Assembly: GCA_036476995.1 (NCBI GenBank)
Contig: JAZGCO010000011.1
Location: 3,706 to 67,705 of the forward strand
Length of the DNA stretch: 64,000 nt
Direction: 5' to 3'
From: Gemmatimonadota bacterium
Lineage (GTDB): Bacteria; Gemmatimonadota; Gemmatimonadetes; Palauibacterales; Palauibacteraceae
A program made the translations under genes and the position numbers. The notes beneath the pieces are model-generated. The model made no database searches. It saw nothing but the letters and a program-made list of their open reading frames with translations, and had not been told where the DNA came from. Positions 37,782-46,127 of the stretch are shown here, one piece after another (the first letter of the stretch is position 1; each line of letters begins with the position of its first letter).

Positions 37782-38231
37782 CTATTCTCCTTCAGGGCGC
37801 ACCAGCGACCGATACATTTCCTGCGGCTGCCGGTCCCCGTGCGGAGGCTCGTATTCGTTCGAATGCTTGACCATGAGATTCGTTGACTCGAAGACCCCCG
37901 AATCACGGTAGCGACCTTCTACCACCACCCCTATGCCCTCACGGAACATGGACGGTGGTGCCCCGAGGCTCTCCACCGGAATCTCGGCCAGACTGTCGGA
38001 AATGATGAAGCGAAGCTCCAGAGTTTCGGGATCCCACGTCTTCGACCCCGGCTTTACTTGTCCTCCCAATCTAAGCGGCGCGTCGATCACATCCCCCGCC
38101 CGCGCATGCAGCTCACTCGGAGTCAGAAAAAACACCACGTTGCTCTTGAGACCGGCGGCCACCAGGAACCCGATACCTCCGACTACGGCCGCTATTCCCA
38201 TTCCCGCCCAAAGTCGTTTACGCTTATCCAT
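37782..38231 (-). CDS. ccmE: Heme chaperone CcmE
   Basis: Start MDKRKRL at 38231, TM anchor, then VVFFLTPSEL...RLGGQVKPGS...FIISD...GVVVEGRYRDSGVFESTNLMVKHSNEYEPP (heme-binding His region). The track ORF begins 15 codons earlier. Confidence 0.8.
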   Translation of the reverse strand: MDKRKRLWAGMGIAAVVGGIGFLVAAGLKSNVVFFLTPSELHARAGDVIDAPLRLGGQVKPGSKTWDPETLELRFIISDSLAEIPVESLGAPPSMFREGIGVVVEGRYRDSGVFESTNLMVKHSNEYEPPHGDRQPQEMYRSLVRPEGE

Positions 38232-38235
38232 TAGT

Positions 38236-38373
38236 TTATTTATCCTCACCCGCCAGCGTCCCGGGGTCTCCCCCAAGTGCTCGGGTTGCGTCTCGAATCC
38301 GCTTCATGATTCGCCAGCCGTACCCGATGAGTACGGCCCAGGTCAGAAGATATCCCGCCGCGACGAAACCCAT
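38236..38373 (-). CDS. ccmD: Heme exporter protein CcmD (45 aa; not in the ORF track because it is under 60 aa)
   Basis: My manual translation gives MGFVAAGYLLTWAVLIGYGWRIMKRIRDATRALGGDPGTLAGEDK*. It is a single-TM small protein with the CcmD-like Y..W..V..GY motif, lying between the ccmC stop (38379) and the ccmE start (38231). Confidence 0.6.
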   Translation of the reverse strand: MGFVAAGYLLTWAVLIGYGWRIMKRIRDATRALGGDPGTLAGEDK

Positions 38374-38378
38374 GTCGC

Positions 38379-39074
38379 TCACAGCGCACCCGCCGCCGTG
38401 TGGGCGATGTGGCCTGGTCCGCGTCGTTCGAGCTGTTCCTCCAGCTGCGAGAGGTGCACGCGGCGGTGCATCAGATACGCGAACAGCACGGTGAACCCGA
38501 GCAAATTAACCAGGAGTGTCCACATGAACTCGGGAGCCATGGATCGCGGGCTCGAAGGCGGCTGATGCAGCGTTCGCCACCACACGACGGAGAGATACAC
38601 TATCGGCACGTTGACGAAGCCGACGATGCCGACCACCGCCGCCCAGCGAGCTCTCCGCTCCGGCTCTTCCGCGAACCCTCGAACGGCAAGGTACCCGACA
38701 TACATGGCCAGCATGATCGCCGTGGTGGTGAGACGTGGATCCCAGGTCCACCAGACTCCCCACGTCGGCCTGCCCCAGAGGGATCCGAGCGCCAGTGTCA
38801 GTGCCGTGAATACCACCCCGATCTCGGCGGCGCTCACGGCAACATGATCCCACCTTGGCTTTCGCTGAACCAGGTACAACACGCTCATCAAGAACACGAT
38901 GAAGAAGGCCAGCATGGCCAGCCACGCGGTGGGGACGTGCACGTACATGAGGCGCTGAACGTCGCCCATGACGCCGTCCGGTGGCACGATCCACAACGCC
39001 GTTACGGTCCCCGCCGCAACGAGGGTCAGCGACATCCAGCCCAGCCATCCGATACCGTTCTTCAGTGACTTCAT
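38379..39074 (-). CDS. ccmC: Heme exporter protein CcmC
   Basis: 232 aa from ATG 39074 (MKSLKNGIGWLG...) with a GGAGGA RBS. It has a WWD-type motif (WGVWWTWDPRL) and six TM helices. The track ORF (398 aa) includes a spurious 167-codon N-terminal extension. Confidence 0.85.
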   Translation of the reverse strand: MKSLKNGIGWLGWMSLTLVAAGTVTALWIVPPDGVMGDVQRLMYVHVPTAWLAMLAFFIVFLMSVLYLVQRKPRWDHVAVSAAEIGVVFTALTLALGSLWGRPTWGVWWTWDPRLTTTAIMLAMYVGYLAVRGFAEEPERRARWAAVVGIVGFVNVPIVYLSVVWWRTLHQPPSSPRSMAPEFMWTLLVNLLGFTVLFAYLMHRRVHLSQLEEQLERRGPGHIAHTAAGAL

Positions 39075-39748
39075 TCCTCCAGTACGATCGGAAACAGCCA
39101 TACACACACTACGAAGAAGATAATATCGAAGCCCAGGAGCAACCGAATCCACACGCCTGCTTCTCCCAATACGTCGCCGGCTAGAATCAGTGTCGTCGCT
39201 TTTACGGCTCCCAGAATTATCGGTACGAGCACCGGGAAGACCAGTAGGGGAAGCATTACCTCCCGGGCCCGGATATGAACAGTCAACGCGGCATAGAAGG
39301 TTCCGATCAGCGAGAACCCCAACGTTCCCAACAAGGCGACGAGAGCCAGATCGACCGCATTCGCCCACATCTCGATCTGAAACAGGATGCTCGCCGCCGG
39401 GAACAGTATTACCTCGACCAGCAAAAGGAGAATGATGTTCGTCGCCAGCTTTCCAAGGTAAATTGCCCGAAGGTCGCCCGGGTATTGCCGAAGGGCCTCG
39501 AGTCCGCCCGCGGCCTCCTCGCTCTGGTATGTTCTGCTGAGCGACAGCATCCCGGTAAAGGTGATTCCGATCCACAGTAGCCCGCCGGCGATCCGCCGCA
39601 GCAGATCGGTGTCCGGACCTATGGCGAAGCTGAAGATGAACAGGACCAGACCGGCGAAGAACACCATAGCATTGAAGCTTTGCTTCGTGCGCGATTCGAT
39701 GAGCAGGTCCTTCTGGACGAGCGCCCAGGCACGCACCGCCAGACTCAC
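39071..39748 (-). CDS. ccmB: Heme exporter protein CcmB (ABC permease)
   Basis: 225 aa with six TM helices. The N-terminus ...LVQKDLLIESRTKQSFNAMVFFAGLVLFIF... is typical of CcmB. ATGA overlap with ccmC. Confidence 0.85.
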   Translation of the reverse strand: MSLAVRAWALVQKDLLIESRTKQSFNAMVFFAGLVLFIFSFAIGPDTDLLRRIAGGLLWIGITFTGMLSLSRTYQSEEAAGGLEALRQYPGDLRAIYLGKLATNIILLLLVEVILFPAASILFQIEMWANAVDLALVALLGTLGFSLIGTFYAALTVHIRAREVMLPLLVFPVLVPIILGAVKATTLILAGDVLGEAGVWIRLLLGFDIIFFVVCVWLFPIVLEE

Positions 39749-40416
39749 GCGTTCCCTCCCGTGAGTTCGAGATGTCCCCGGTTCAGATCGGCCTTAAACT
39801 CCGCCTGTTCCACGGCCCTCCCGACCCGGTGCGAGGCGAGAACGACGCTGCGCCCATCCGCCTTGAAATCGCTCACGATATCGTCCACGAGCTGCGCGCC
39901 TTCCGCGTCGAGACCCGAGTATGGCTCGTCGAGAAGCGCGAGCCGGACCGGCCGGATCAACAGCTGAGCCAGCGCCAGGCGCTGGCGCATTCCGGCCGAA
40001 AACGTCCGGAGCCGCTCTGCCGCCACCGCGGCCAGCCCCACCCGTTCCAGAGCTTGTTGCATAAGCTCTGCGCCGGTGTCTAGGCCCGACATTCGCAGCG
40101 TGAAGCGGAGGTTTTCGGCGGCGGTAAGTTCGTCATACAGGTAGCCGCGCACGGGCAGGAAGCCTGCCTGAGCCCTAAGCGCGCCTCCGGACTGGAGAGA
40201 CTGACCAAACACCTCTCCCTCGCCCGTGGTGGGGGCAAGAAGGCCGGCCAGAATCTTCAGCAGAGTGGATTTACCGGCTCCGTTCGGTCCGGAGAGAGCC
40301 AATGCAGTACCAAGCGGAACGTCCAGACAGACATCGTGAAGGGCCCAGTTCCAGCCGAACCGCTTTCCGACGCCTCGAAGCCGGATGGTTTCGCCAGCCG
40401 AGGGGCTCAGAGTCAG
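39745..40416 (-). CDS. ccmA: Heme exporter ATP-binding protein CcmA (start codon unresolved)
   Basis: Walker A (GPNGAGKSTLL), the signature FSAGMRQRLALAQL, Walker B (LALLDEP) and the H-loop. It is homologous to E. coli CcmA from about ...ETIRLRGVGKRFG... No in-frame ATG/GTG/TTG is available near the expected start. The CTG at 40416 overlaps the upstream stop in CTGA. The track ORF (388 aa) extends far upstream across the lipoprotein gene in another frame. Confidence 0.7.
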   Translation of the reverse strand: MTLSPSAGETIRLRGVGKRFGWNWALHDVCLDVPLGTALALSGPNGAGKSTLLKILAGLLAPTTGEGEVFGQSLQSGGALRAQAGFLPVRGYLYDELTAAENLRFTLRMSGLDTGAELMQQALERVGLAAVAAERLRTFSAGMRQRLALAQLLIRPVRLALLDEPYSGLDAEGAQLVDDIVSDFKADGRSVVLASHRVGRAVEQAEFKADLNRGHLELTGGNA

Positions 40417-40940
40417 TCCGTAGCGCCGATTCGCCGATCGATGTCCGTCAGGACATATTCGGCCATGCTCCAGGCCGGCGACGAGCGAGGTACCGACCTC
40501 ATTCGGGCCCACTGAACGGGCTCCGCCGGCGGTCCGATGGGATCGTAGAGCATGTCCATGAACAGTCTGGTTCCGCCGCGCTCCGGTTCGCCCCAGAAAA
40601 GGAACTTCACCCAGAGTTCCTGTTCCCGGAGCGTGCCGACGGGTGCCGTCGCGAGGACGTTCGGGATAAACACCCAGTCCGACTCCATGGCGGCAGTGTT
40701 GGCAGAGTCGCCGGCCGCGCGCTGAAACGAGCGGGCCATGATGCCCTCGTTCCTCAGCGATTCCCAGGCGACCAGCATCACCGAATCTGGCCCCTGGGGA
40801 TAGTCGGTTACCGTTGCAAGGTTGGAGGGGCCGCTTCGGAGGCCGGGACTGCCGAGCAGGCCTCCACTCGAAGACCCGCACCCCGCCACCAGCGTGGCCG
40901 CCATCAGGCACGCCGATCCGAAACGTGCGCTACTGATCAT
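40413..40940 (-). CDS. Hypothetical lipoprotein leading the ccm operon
   Basis: Start MISSARFGSACLMAATLVAGCGSSS (SPII-type lipobox LVAGC). About 175 aa with no recognised domain. The track ORF extends 138 codons upstream without support. Confidence 0.45.
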   Translation of the reverse strand: MISSARFGSACLMAATLVAGCGSSSGGLLGSPGLRSGPSNLATVTDYPQGPDSVMLVAWESLRNEGIMARSFQRAAGDSANTAAMESDWVFIPNVLATAPVGTLREQELWVKFLFWGEPERGGTRLFMDMLYDPIGPPAEPVQWARMRSVPRSSPAWSMAEYVLTDIDRRIGATD

Positions 40941-41157
40941 CTTGTTCCTCCCACGGGACAAAAGTCCGCTCAAACGTCTGTGCATGTAGCCGCAGCTGCC
41001 GAGTCCCGGCAGGTAATCTCGCCACTGGATCCCACGCCGCAAGGAACCGCCTCGGGCTGCGTTGTGAGTTAGTCGCTCGTACCATACTCTGCCGCTGCCG
41101 TTCCAGGAACATCGGCAGGCGGCGCCGGCGCCGCCACGATTACGCGGAGGTACGAGG

Positions 41158-42363
41158 GTGAATCTGTCCGATATTGCGGCCCTGGCGCAGCCAGGTGACC
41201 GGAAGGTGCTACTGCTTGTGCTCGATGGGCTGGGCGGTCTTCCGGCGGCGCTGGGCGGCAGAACCGAACTGGAGACGGCCCGCACGCCAAACCTGGACGC
41301 CCTGGTGGGCCTCGGCGGTTGTGGCCTCCACACGCCGGTCGCATCCGGGATCACCCCGGGCAGCGGGCCGGGTCACCTCTCTCTGTTCGGCTACGATCCG
41401 CTCCGCTATCAAATCGGGAGAGGCGTACTCTCGGCGCTCGGCATCGGGTTCGATCTTCGCCCGGGGGACATCGCGGTTCGCGGCAATCTATGCACGGTGG
41501 ATTCGAACGGAGTCGTGATAGACCGCCGCGCCGGACGCATCAGCACCGAGGAGGCCAGACCCGTCTGCGATCTTCTGTCCCGCATCCAGGTGCCGGGCGC
41601 CGAGGCTCTGGTCGAGCAAGTGAAGGAGCACCGCTTCCTCCTCGTTCTGCGCCCCAACGCGTCCTCCACCGCCGACGTTATGGACACGGACACGGGCCTG
41701 ACCGGCGTTCCGCCCCGCCCGATCGCGGCCCGCTCCGAGGCAGCAATGCCAGCCGCCGACGCGGCTAGAGATTGGGTCGAGCGCGCCGCGCATGTGCTCG
41801 GCGGCCAGACGCCCGCAAACATGGTGCTCCTCAGGGGATTCGGTTCGCTGCCCGAATGGCCCCGCTTTCCGGAAGTTTTCCAAATGCGGTCACTGGCCAT
41901 AGCGGCCTATCCCATGTACCTGGGTGTCGCGCGGCTCGTGGGCATGGAGGCGGTGCAGGTGGAGGACTCACTCGAGGCGCTTGCCGAGGAATTGGAGCGC
42001 CAGGCAGACGACTACGACTTCTTCTTCCTGCATGTCAAAGGGACGGACAAGGCCGGTGAAGATGGTGACTTCGACCGGAAAGTCAGTGTGATCGAAAGTG
42101 TGGACGCCGTCGTGCCTCGCCTGGTTGATGCCGTCGGAGGGGTCACTCTGGTTACGGGGGATCACTCGACACCGGCGACCATGGCGTCCCACAGCTGGCA
42201 CCCGGTTCCCTTTCTGCTCTCGGGCGGCCCGGCCCGCGCGTCGGCGGGCGCTTCGTTCGGAGAGTCCGAATGTGCGCGGGGCTCGCTGGGGCACGTGAAG
42301 GGCTGGGAGCTGCTTCCGCTAGCGGCGGCAAGGGCCGGCCGCTTGGCCAAGTACGGCGCATGA
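41158..42363 (+). CDS. apgM: 2,3-bisphosphoglycerate-independent phosphoglycerate mutase, archaeal type (ApgM-like)
   Basis: 401 aa, alkaline-phosphatase-like metalloenzyme fold. ...LLLVLDGLGG...TPNLDAL... N-terminus and C-terminal TGDHSTPA. The length and motifs match cofactor-independent PGM of the archaeal family. Confidence 0.8.
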   Translation: MNLSDIAALAQPGDRKVLLLVLDGLGGLPAALGGRTELETARTPNLDALVGLGGCGLHTPVASGITPGSGPGHLSLFGYDPLRYQIGRGVLSALGIGFDLRPGDIAVRGNLCTVDSNGVVIDRRAGRISTEEARPVCDLLSRIQVPGAEALVEQVKEHRFLLVLRPNASSTADVMDTDTGLTGVPPRPIAARSEAAMPAADAARDWVERAAHVLGGQTPANMVLLRGFGSLPEWPRFPEVFQMRSLAIAAYPMYLGVARLVGMEAVQVEDSLEALAEELERQADDYDFFFLHVKGTDKAGEDGDFDRKVSVIESVDAVVPRLVDAVGGVTLVTGDHSTPATMASHSWHPVPFLLSGGPARASAGASFGESECARGSLGHVKGWELLPLAAARAGRLAKYGA

Positions 42364-42385
42364 TGCACAGAAGGGGGCGGCGGCC

Positions 42386-43153
42386 ATGAGGTGTCCCGGC
42401 TGCGGAAAAAATGAAGCGGGGAAATTCTGCTCAACGTGCGGCACGTCCCTTACGCCGGCTGACAACACATGCGCTTCCTGCGGAGCCAAACTCCGGCCGG
42501 AGGCCACATACTGCGGGCAGTGTGGGACCCCCACCGAGATTCGGTCAGGCAAGAACTTCGCCGCGCGGCTGCCCTGGATTCTCTCGGGGCTGGCCCTGGT
42601 TGCCTTCGCCATCGGGATGAGCCTTCTCATTCGGGGTCAGACGTCAGCTCGGGCTCCCGGTATGCCGCCCACGGGCGGAGTCATCGAATCTCCCGGTTTC
42701 GCGGCCGGCGTCATGCCCAGTCTGGCTGAGCTGGAGGCCATGGGCCCCAGGGCGGCCGCAGACCGGCTCTTCGACCGGGTCATGCAATTGCAGTCGTCTG
42801 GCGATCTGGCACAGGCGCGCCGGTTCGCTCCGATGGCCAAGCAGTCCTACGCGCAGGTTCCCGCCGCGGAGGTTAACCTGGACATGCGGTTCCACGAAGG
42901 GATGCTGGATCTGACCCTGGGAGACGCAACGAGTGCCGCCGCCGTAGCTGAATCGATGCTGGGGGAAGAGGCCGGCCACCTGCTCGCGCTCGTGCTCGGA
43001 TCACAGGCCGCCGAAGCGGCTGGCGACCCGGCCGCAAAGGACGAGTATCTTCGGCGGCTTCGGTTCGCGCACGCCGAATCGGGCGGCGCCGGCCGTCCCG
43101 AGTACGACGCTCACCGCGCAGTCATCGACGCGGCGCTAAAAGGCCAGCCCTGA
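42386..43153 (+). CDS. Double zinc-ribbon membrane protein (hypothetical)
   Basis: N-terminal tandem zinc ribbons (CPGCG...CSTCG, CASCG...CGQCG), one TM helix, then an Ala-rich soluble domain. Confidence 0.5.
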   Translation: MRCPGCGKNEAGKFCSTCGTSLTPADNTCASCGAKLRPEATYCGQCGTPTEIRSGKNFAARLPWILSGLALVAFAIGMSLLIRGQTSARAPGMPPTGGVIESPGFAAGVMPSLAELEAMGPRAAADRLFDRVMQLQSSGDLAQARRFAPMAKQSYAQVPAAEVNLDMRFHEGMLDLTLGDATSAAAVAESMLGEEAGHLLALVLGSQAAEAAGDPAAKDEYLRRLRFAHAESGGAGRPEYDAHRAVIDAALKGQP

Positions 43154-45429
43154 GCGGCGCAGCCGGTTGGCGTTGGCCACCACGGTAATGGAGCTCAGCG
43201 CCATGGCCGACTCGGCGAGAATGGGGTGCAGGAGCCCGAGCACCGCGACCGGGATCGCGACCGTATTGTAGAAGTAGGCCCAGAACAGATTCTGGCGAAT
43301 CTTCCCGAACGTGGCTCTGGCCAACCGAATGGCACGGACTACGCCATCCAGCTCCCCGTGTACGAGCGTGATATCCGCCGCCTCGATGGCGATATCCGTG
43401 CCCGACCCGATCGCAATCCCCACGTTGGCCTGTGTAAGCGCCGGCGCATCATGATACCGTCTCCCACCATGGCCACCGTGTGGTTGTCCCTCTGAAGCCG
43501 CTCGATCGCCTGTACCTTGCCGGCGGGCAGGAGAGAAGACCGAACATCCTCGATGCCGACAGCCTCGGCCACGGCCAGGGCAGTTTGCTCGTTGTCGCCC
43601 GTAAGCAAGATCGTCCGAAGCCCCATTCTCTCGAGAGCTCGCACCGCGCCGGGGCTGCTCGGCTTCACCGCGTCCGACAGAGCCAGGAGGCCCAGCGCGG
43701 ACTCGCCGGCTGCCACGACGACCACTGTGTGGCCGGCGCGCTCCAGCCTGCTTGCCGACTCGAGTAGGGTGCGCGGGGCCAACATGCGTTCGGCCATCCA
43801 GCTCGCCCGCCCGACCTGCACGAACTGGCCCTCCACGTCGGCCGTCACGCCGCGCCCGACCTCCGCGCGGAACCCGGTGGCCGGTGGGATTCGGAGCCCT
43901 CGCTCCCTCGCGGCCTCGACGACAGCGTGGCCCAAGGGGTGCTCCGAGCCGGCCTCGGCGGCTGCCGCCAGGGTGAGTAGCTCGTCCGGGTGCCCGTTGG
44001 CTGCCACGATCTCGGCCAGGGCGGGGCGACCCAGCGTGATCGTTCCAGTCTTGTCGAGAACCACGGTATCCACGGCGTCCAGCGACTGTATGGCGGCTCC
44101 GTCCCTGACCAGAATACCTTTCTCGGCGCCTACCCCAGTGCCCACCATGAGTGCGGTCGGGGTGGCCAGGCCGAGGGCACACGGACAAGCGATCACCAGC
44201 ACAGCCAGCATGGCGTACAAGGCCCGGGAGACCGGGCCGAGATCGGCCTGGACCCAGGGGAGAAGCCCGCCCGCCCGATCAGCCAGTGCTCCAAGGGCAT
44301 CCGGGAACAGGAACCATCCGGCCAACGTCGCGCCCGCTACTACAAGTACAACGGGCACGAAGACGGCCGTTACGTGATCGGCGAAATCCTGAATCGGCAC
44401 CTTGCTTCCCTGAGCCCGCTCGACGAGCCGGACCACGTTGGCCAGGAACGTATTCTCGCCCACTCCGGTGGCCCGGACACGGAGCAGTCCGTCCTGGTTG
44501 AACGTGGCGCCGATGACGCTGTCGCCCGCTCCCTTGTCCACCGGCATGGATTCGCCCGTGGCCAGGGATTCATCTACGGAACTCCTTCCATCGATGACGA
44601 CACCGTCGGTAGGGATCTTCTCCCCTGGCCGCACCACCATGAGATCGCCAACGGACACTTCGGAGACCGGAATCTCGACCTCTGCCCCGTTCCGCTCAAT
44701 TCGGGCGGTCTTCGCTTCCAGTGAAAGCAGCCGCTGGATCGCGGCAGACGTGCGGCCTTTGGCTCTGGCCTCAACGGACCTGCCGGTGAGGTGAATGGCG
44801 AGGATCATGGCTCCGACGCCCGCGTAGTTCTGAAAATCGGGCACCTGCGTCCAATGGGCCAAGACGGCTGGGACCCCCGTCAGTATTGCCGCTCCGCTAC
44901 CCATAGCTATCAGCGTGTCCATGCTGGGCCGTCGGCGAACGGCGGCTCTCAGCCCTGCAATCACCGTGGGCCGACCCGGAGCCAGCAAAACCGGAAGAGA
45001 GAGGACGAGCAGTCCGGCATCGAACACGGATGCCGAGGGCCACTTTAGGCCCCACACCATCTCAGGCAGCATCCAGACGGCAACCGGGATCGTGAGGCTC
45101 CAGGCGAGGAGCATTCGCCGCCGCGCTACCGACACGCCTTCCGCGCCTCGGGCCAGCCGATCCTCGCCCTCTTGGCGCAGATCTCTGGCCTTCGGTGCTT
45201 CATGAAGCGAGTAGCCGGCGCCGGTGACCGCTTCTCGAAGCGTATCCAGCCCGACGACTGACGGATCTCTGGTCACGGTTGCCGTCTCGGCCGGCAGGCT
45301 GACTGCCGCCGTTACGCCGGGAAGCTCATTGAGTGCACGCTCCACGGCCGTACTGCACGCCGCGCAGTGCAACCCTTCGATCCTGAAGACCTCTGTGCTC
45401 ATCTCCGAGTGACCTGGTTGGACGGACAA
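43136..45429 (-). pseudogene. copA: Copper-translocating P1B-type ATPase (CopA-like) with a single-base frameshift near 43455
   Basis: It has an N-terminal HMA domain ([19 protein letters not shown]), CPC in the TM region, DKTGT and TGES. The C-terminal hinge and final TM helices ([41 protein letters not shown]...) are in another frame (track ORF 43136..44188). The DNA reads ggt atc atg atg cgc where GDGINDAPAL (ggt atc aat gat gcg ccg) is expected, so one A is missing. Confidence 0.8.
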
Positions 45430-45454
45430 AGTCGGGTGACGTTACACTGCTCTC

Positions 45455-46111
45455 ATGTTCAACCGATTGAAGCAAGCCATCGACCGCGCGCTTTCGTCGC
45501 TGGAGAGCCGCACGGGCGGCCCCGAGCGTGACGTTGACGAGCTCGTGCGCTCGATGCGTGAAGAGCTTGTTGATGCCAAGGCGCACCTGCCGAAACTTGA
45601 GGCCACGCTCCGCGAATTGGAAGCCACGCGAGCCGCAGAGCTGCGCAAGGCAAGCGATTGTGGACGTCGCGCGATACAGGCCGACGAGATCGGCGATCGA
45701 GAGACCGTCGAAGTGGCGCTGCAATATGAAGCCAAACACCGGGGACGGGCCGAGGTCTGCGTCCAGAAGATTGAAGCAGTGCAGGCCGAGTTCGCGCTAC
45801 AGCAGCAGACGGTGAAGGAAATGACCCGTCAGCTGAAGGAAGCCACGGCCAAGCGGGGGACTCTCGAAGCGCGCGCCCGCCGGGCCCGGGCCACCGAAAG
45901 AGTTCGGGGAGGGGGAGACTCCGCCGCGGATGAATTCGATCGGCTAACGGCCGAGATCGAGGATGACATAACGGAGGCCGAGGTGGGTGCGGAGCTGGAC
46001 GACGTACTCGGGGCCCGGGCCAGCCGGGTCGATCCCGAGGACCTGGCCGATGTTCAGCTACAAGAGCTGAAGCGCCGAATGGCCGAAGAGAGCGGCGGAC
46101 CGACCAGCTAG
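45455..46111 (+). CDS. pspA: PspA/IM30 (phage shock protein A / Vipp1) family protein
   Basis: 218 aa, predicted all coiled-coil. The N-terminus MFNRLKQAIDRALSSLE... and the heptad-rich, Arg/Glu-rich body are typical of PspA. Confidence 0.7.
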   Translation: MFNRLKQAIDRALSSLESRTGGPERDVDELVRSMREELVDAKAHLPKLEATLRELEATRAAELRKASDCGRRAIQADEIGDRETVEVALQYEAKHRGRAEVCVQKIEAVQAEFALQQQTVKEMTRQLKEATAKRGTLEARARRARATERVRGGGDSAADEFDRLTAEIEDDITEAEVGAELDDVLGARASRVDPEDLADVQLQELKRRMAEESGGPTS

Positions 46112-46127
46112 ATTGTGGGCCGACCGG

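Noticed and set aside
38379-39575. The track ORF predicts a 398-aa CcmC with a 167-aa Arg/Gly-rich N-terminal extension.
   Set aside because: CcmC homology begins at MKSLKNG (ATG 39074, good RBS). The extension overlaps ccmB in another frame and has no membrane-protein character.
40413-41354. 313-aa track ORF upstream of ccmA
   Set aside because: Only the C-terminal 175 aa, from MISSARF with a lipobox, look like a real protein. The first 138 codons are Pro/Arg/Ser-rich low-complexity read-through in a high-GC frame.
43480-43500. Programmed ribosomal frameshift in copA
   Set aside because: The known copA programmed frameshift lies near the N-terminal metal-binding domain and produces a CopZ-like product. 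This lesion is in the C-terminal GDGINDAPAL hinge, with no slippery heptamer, and would truncate the pump.
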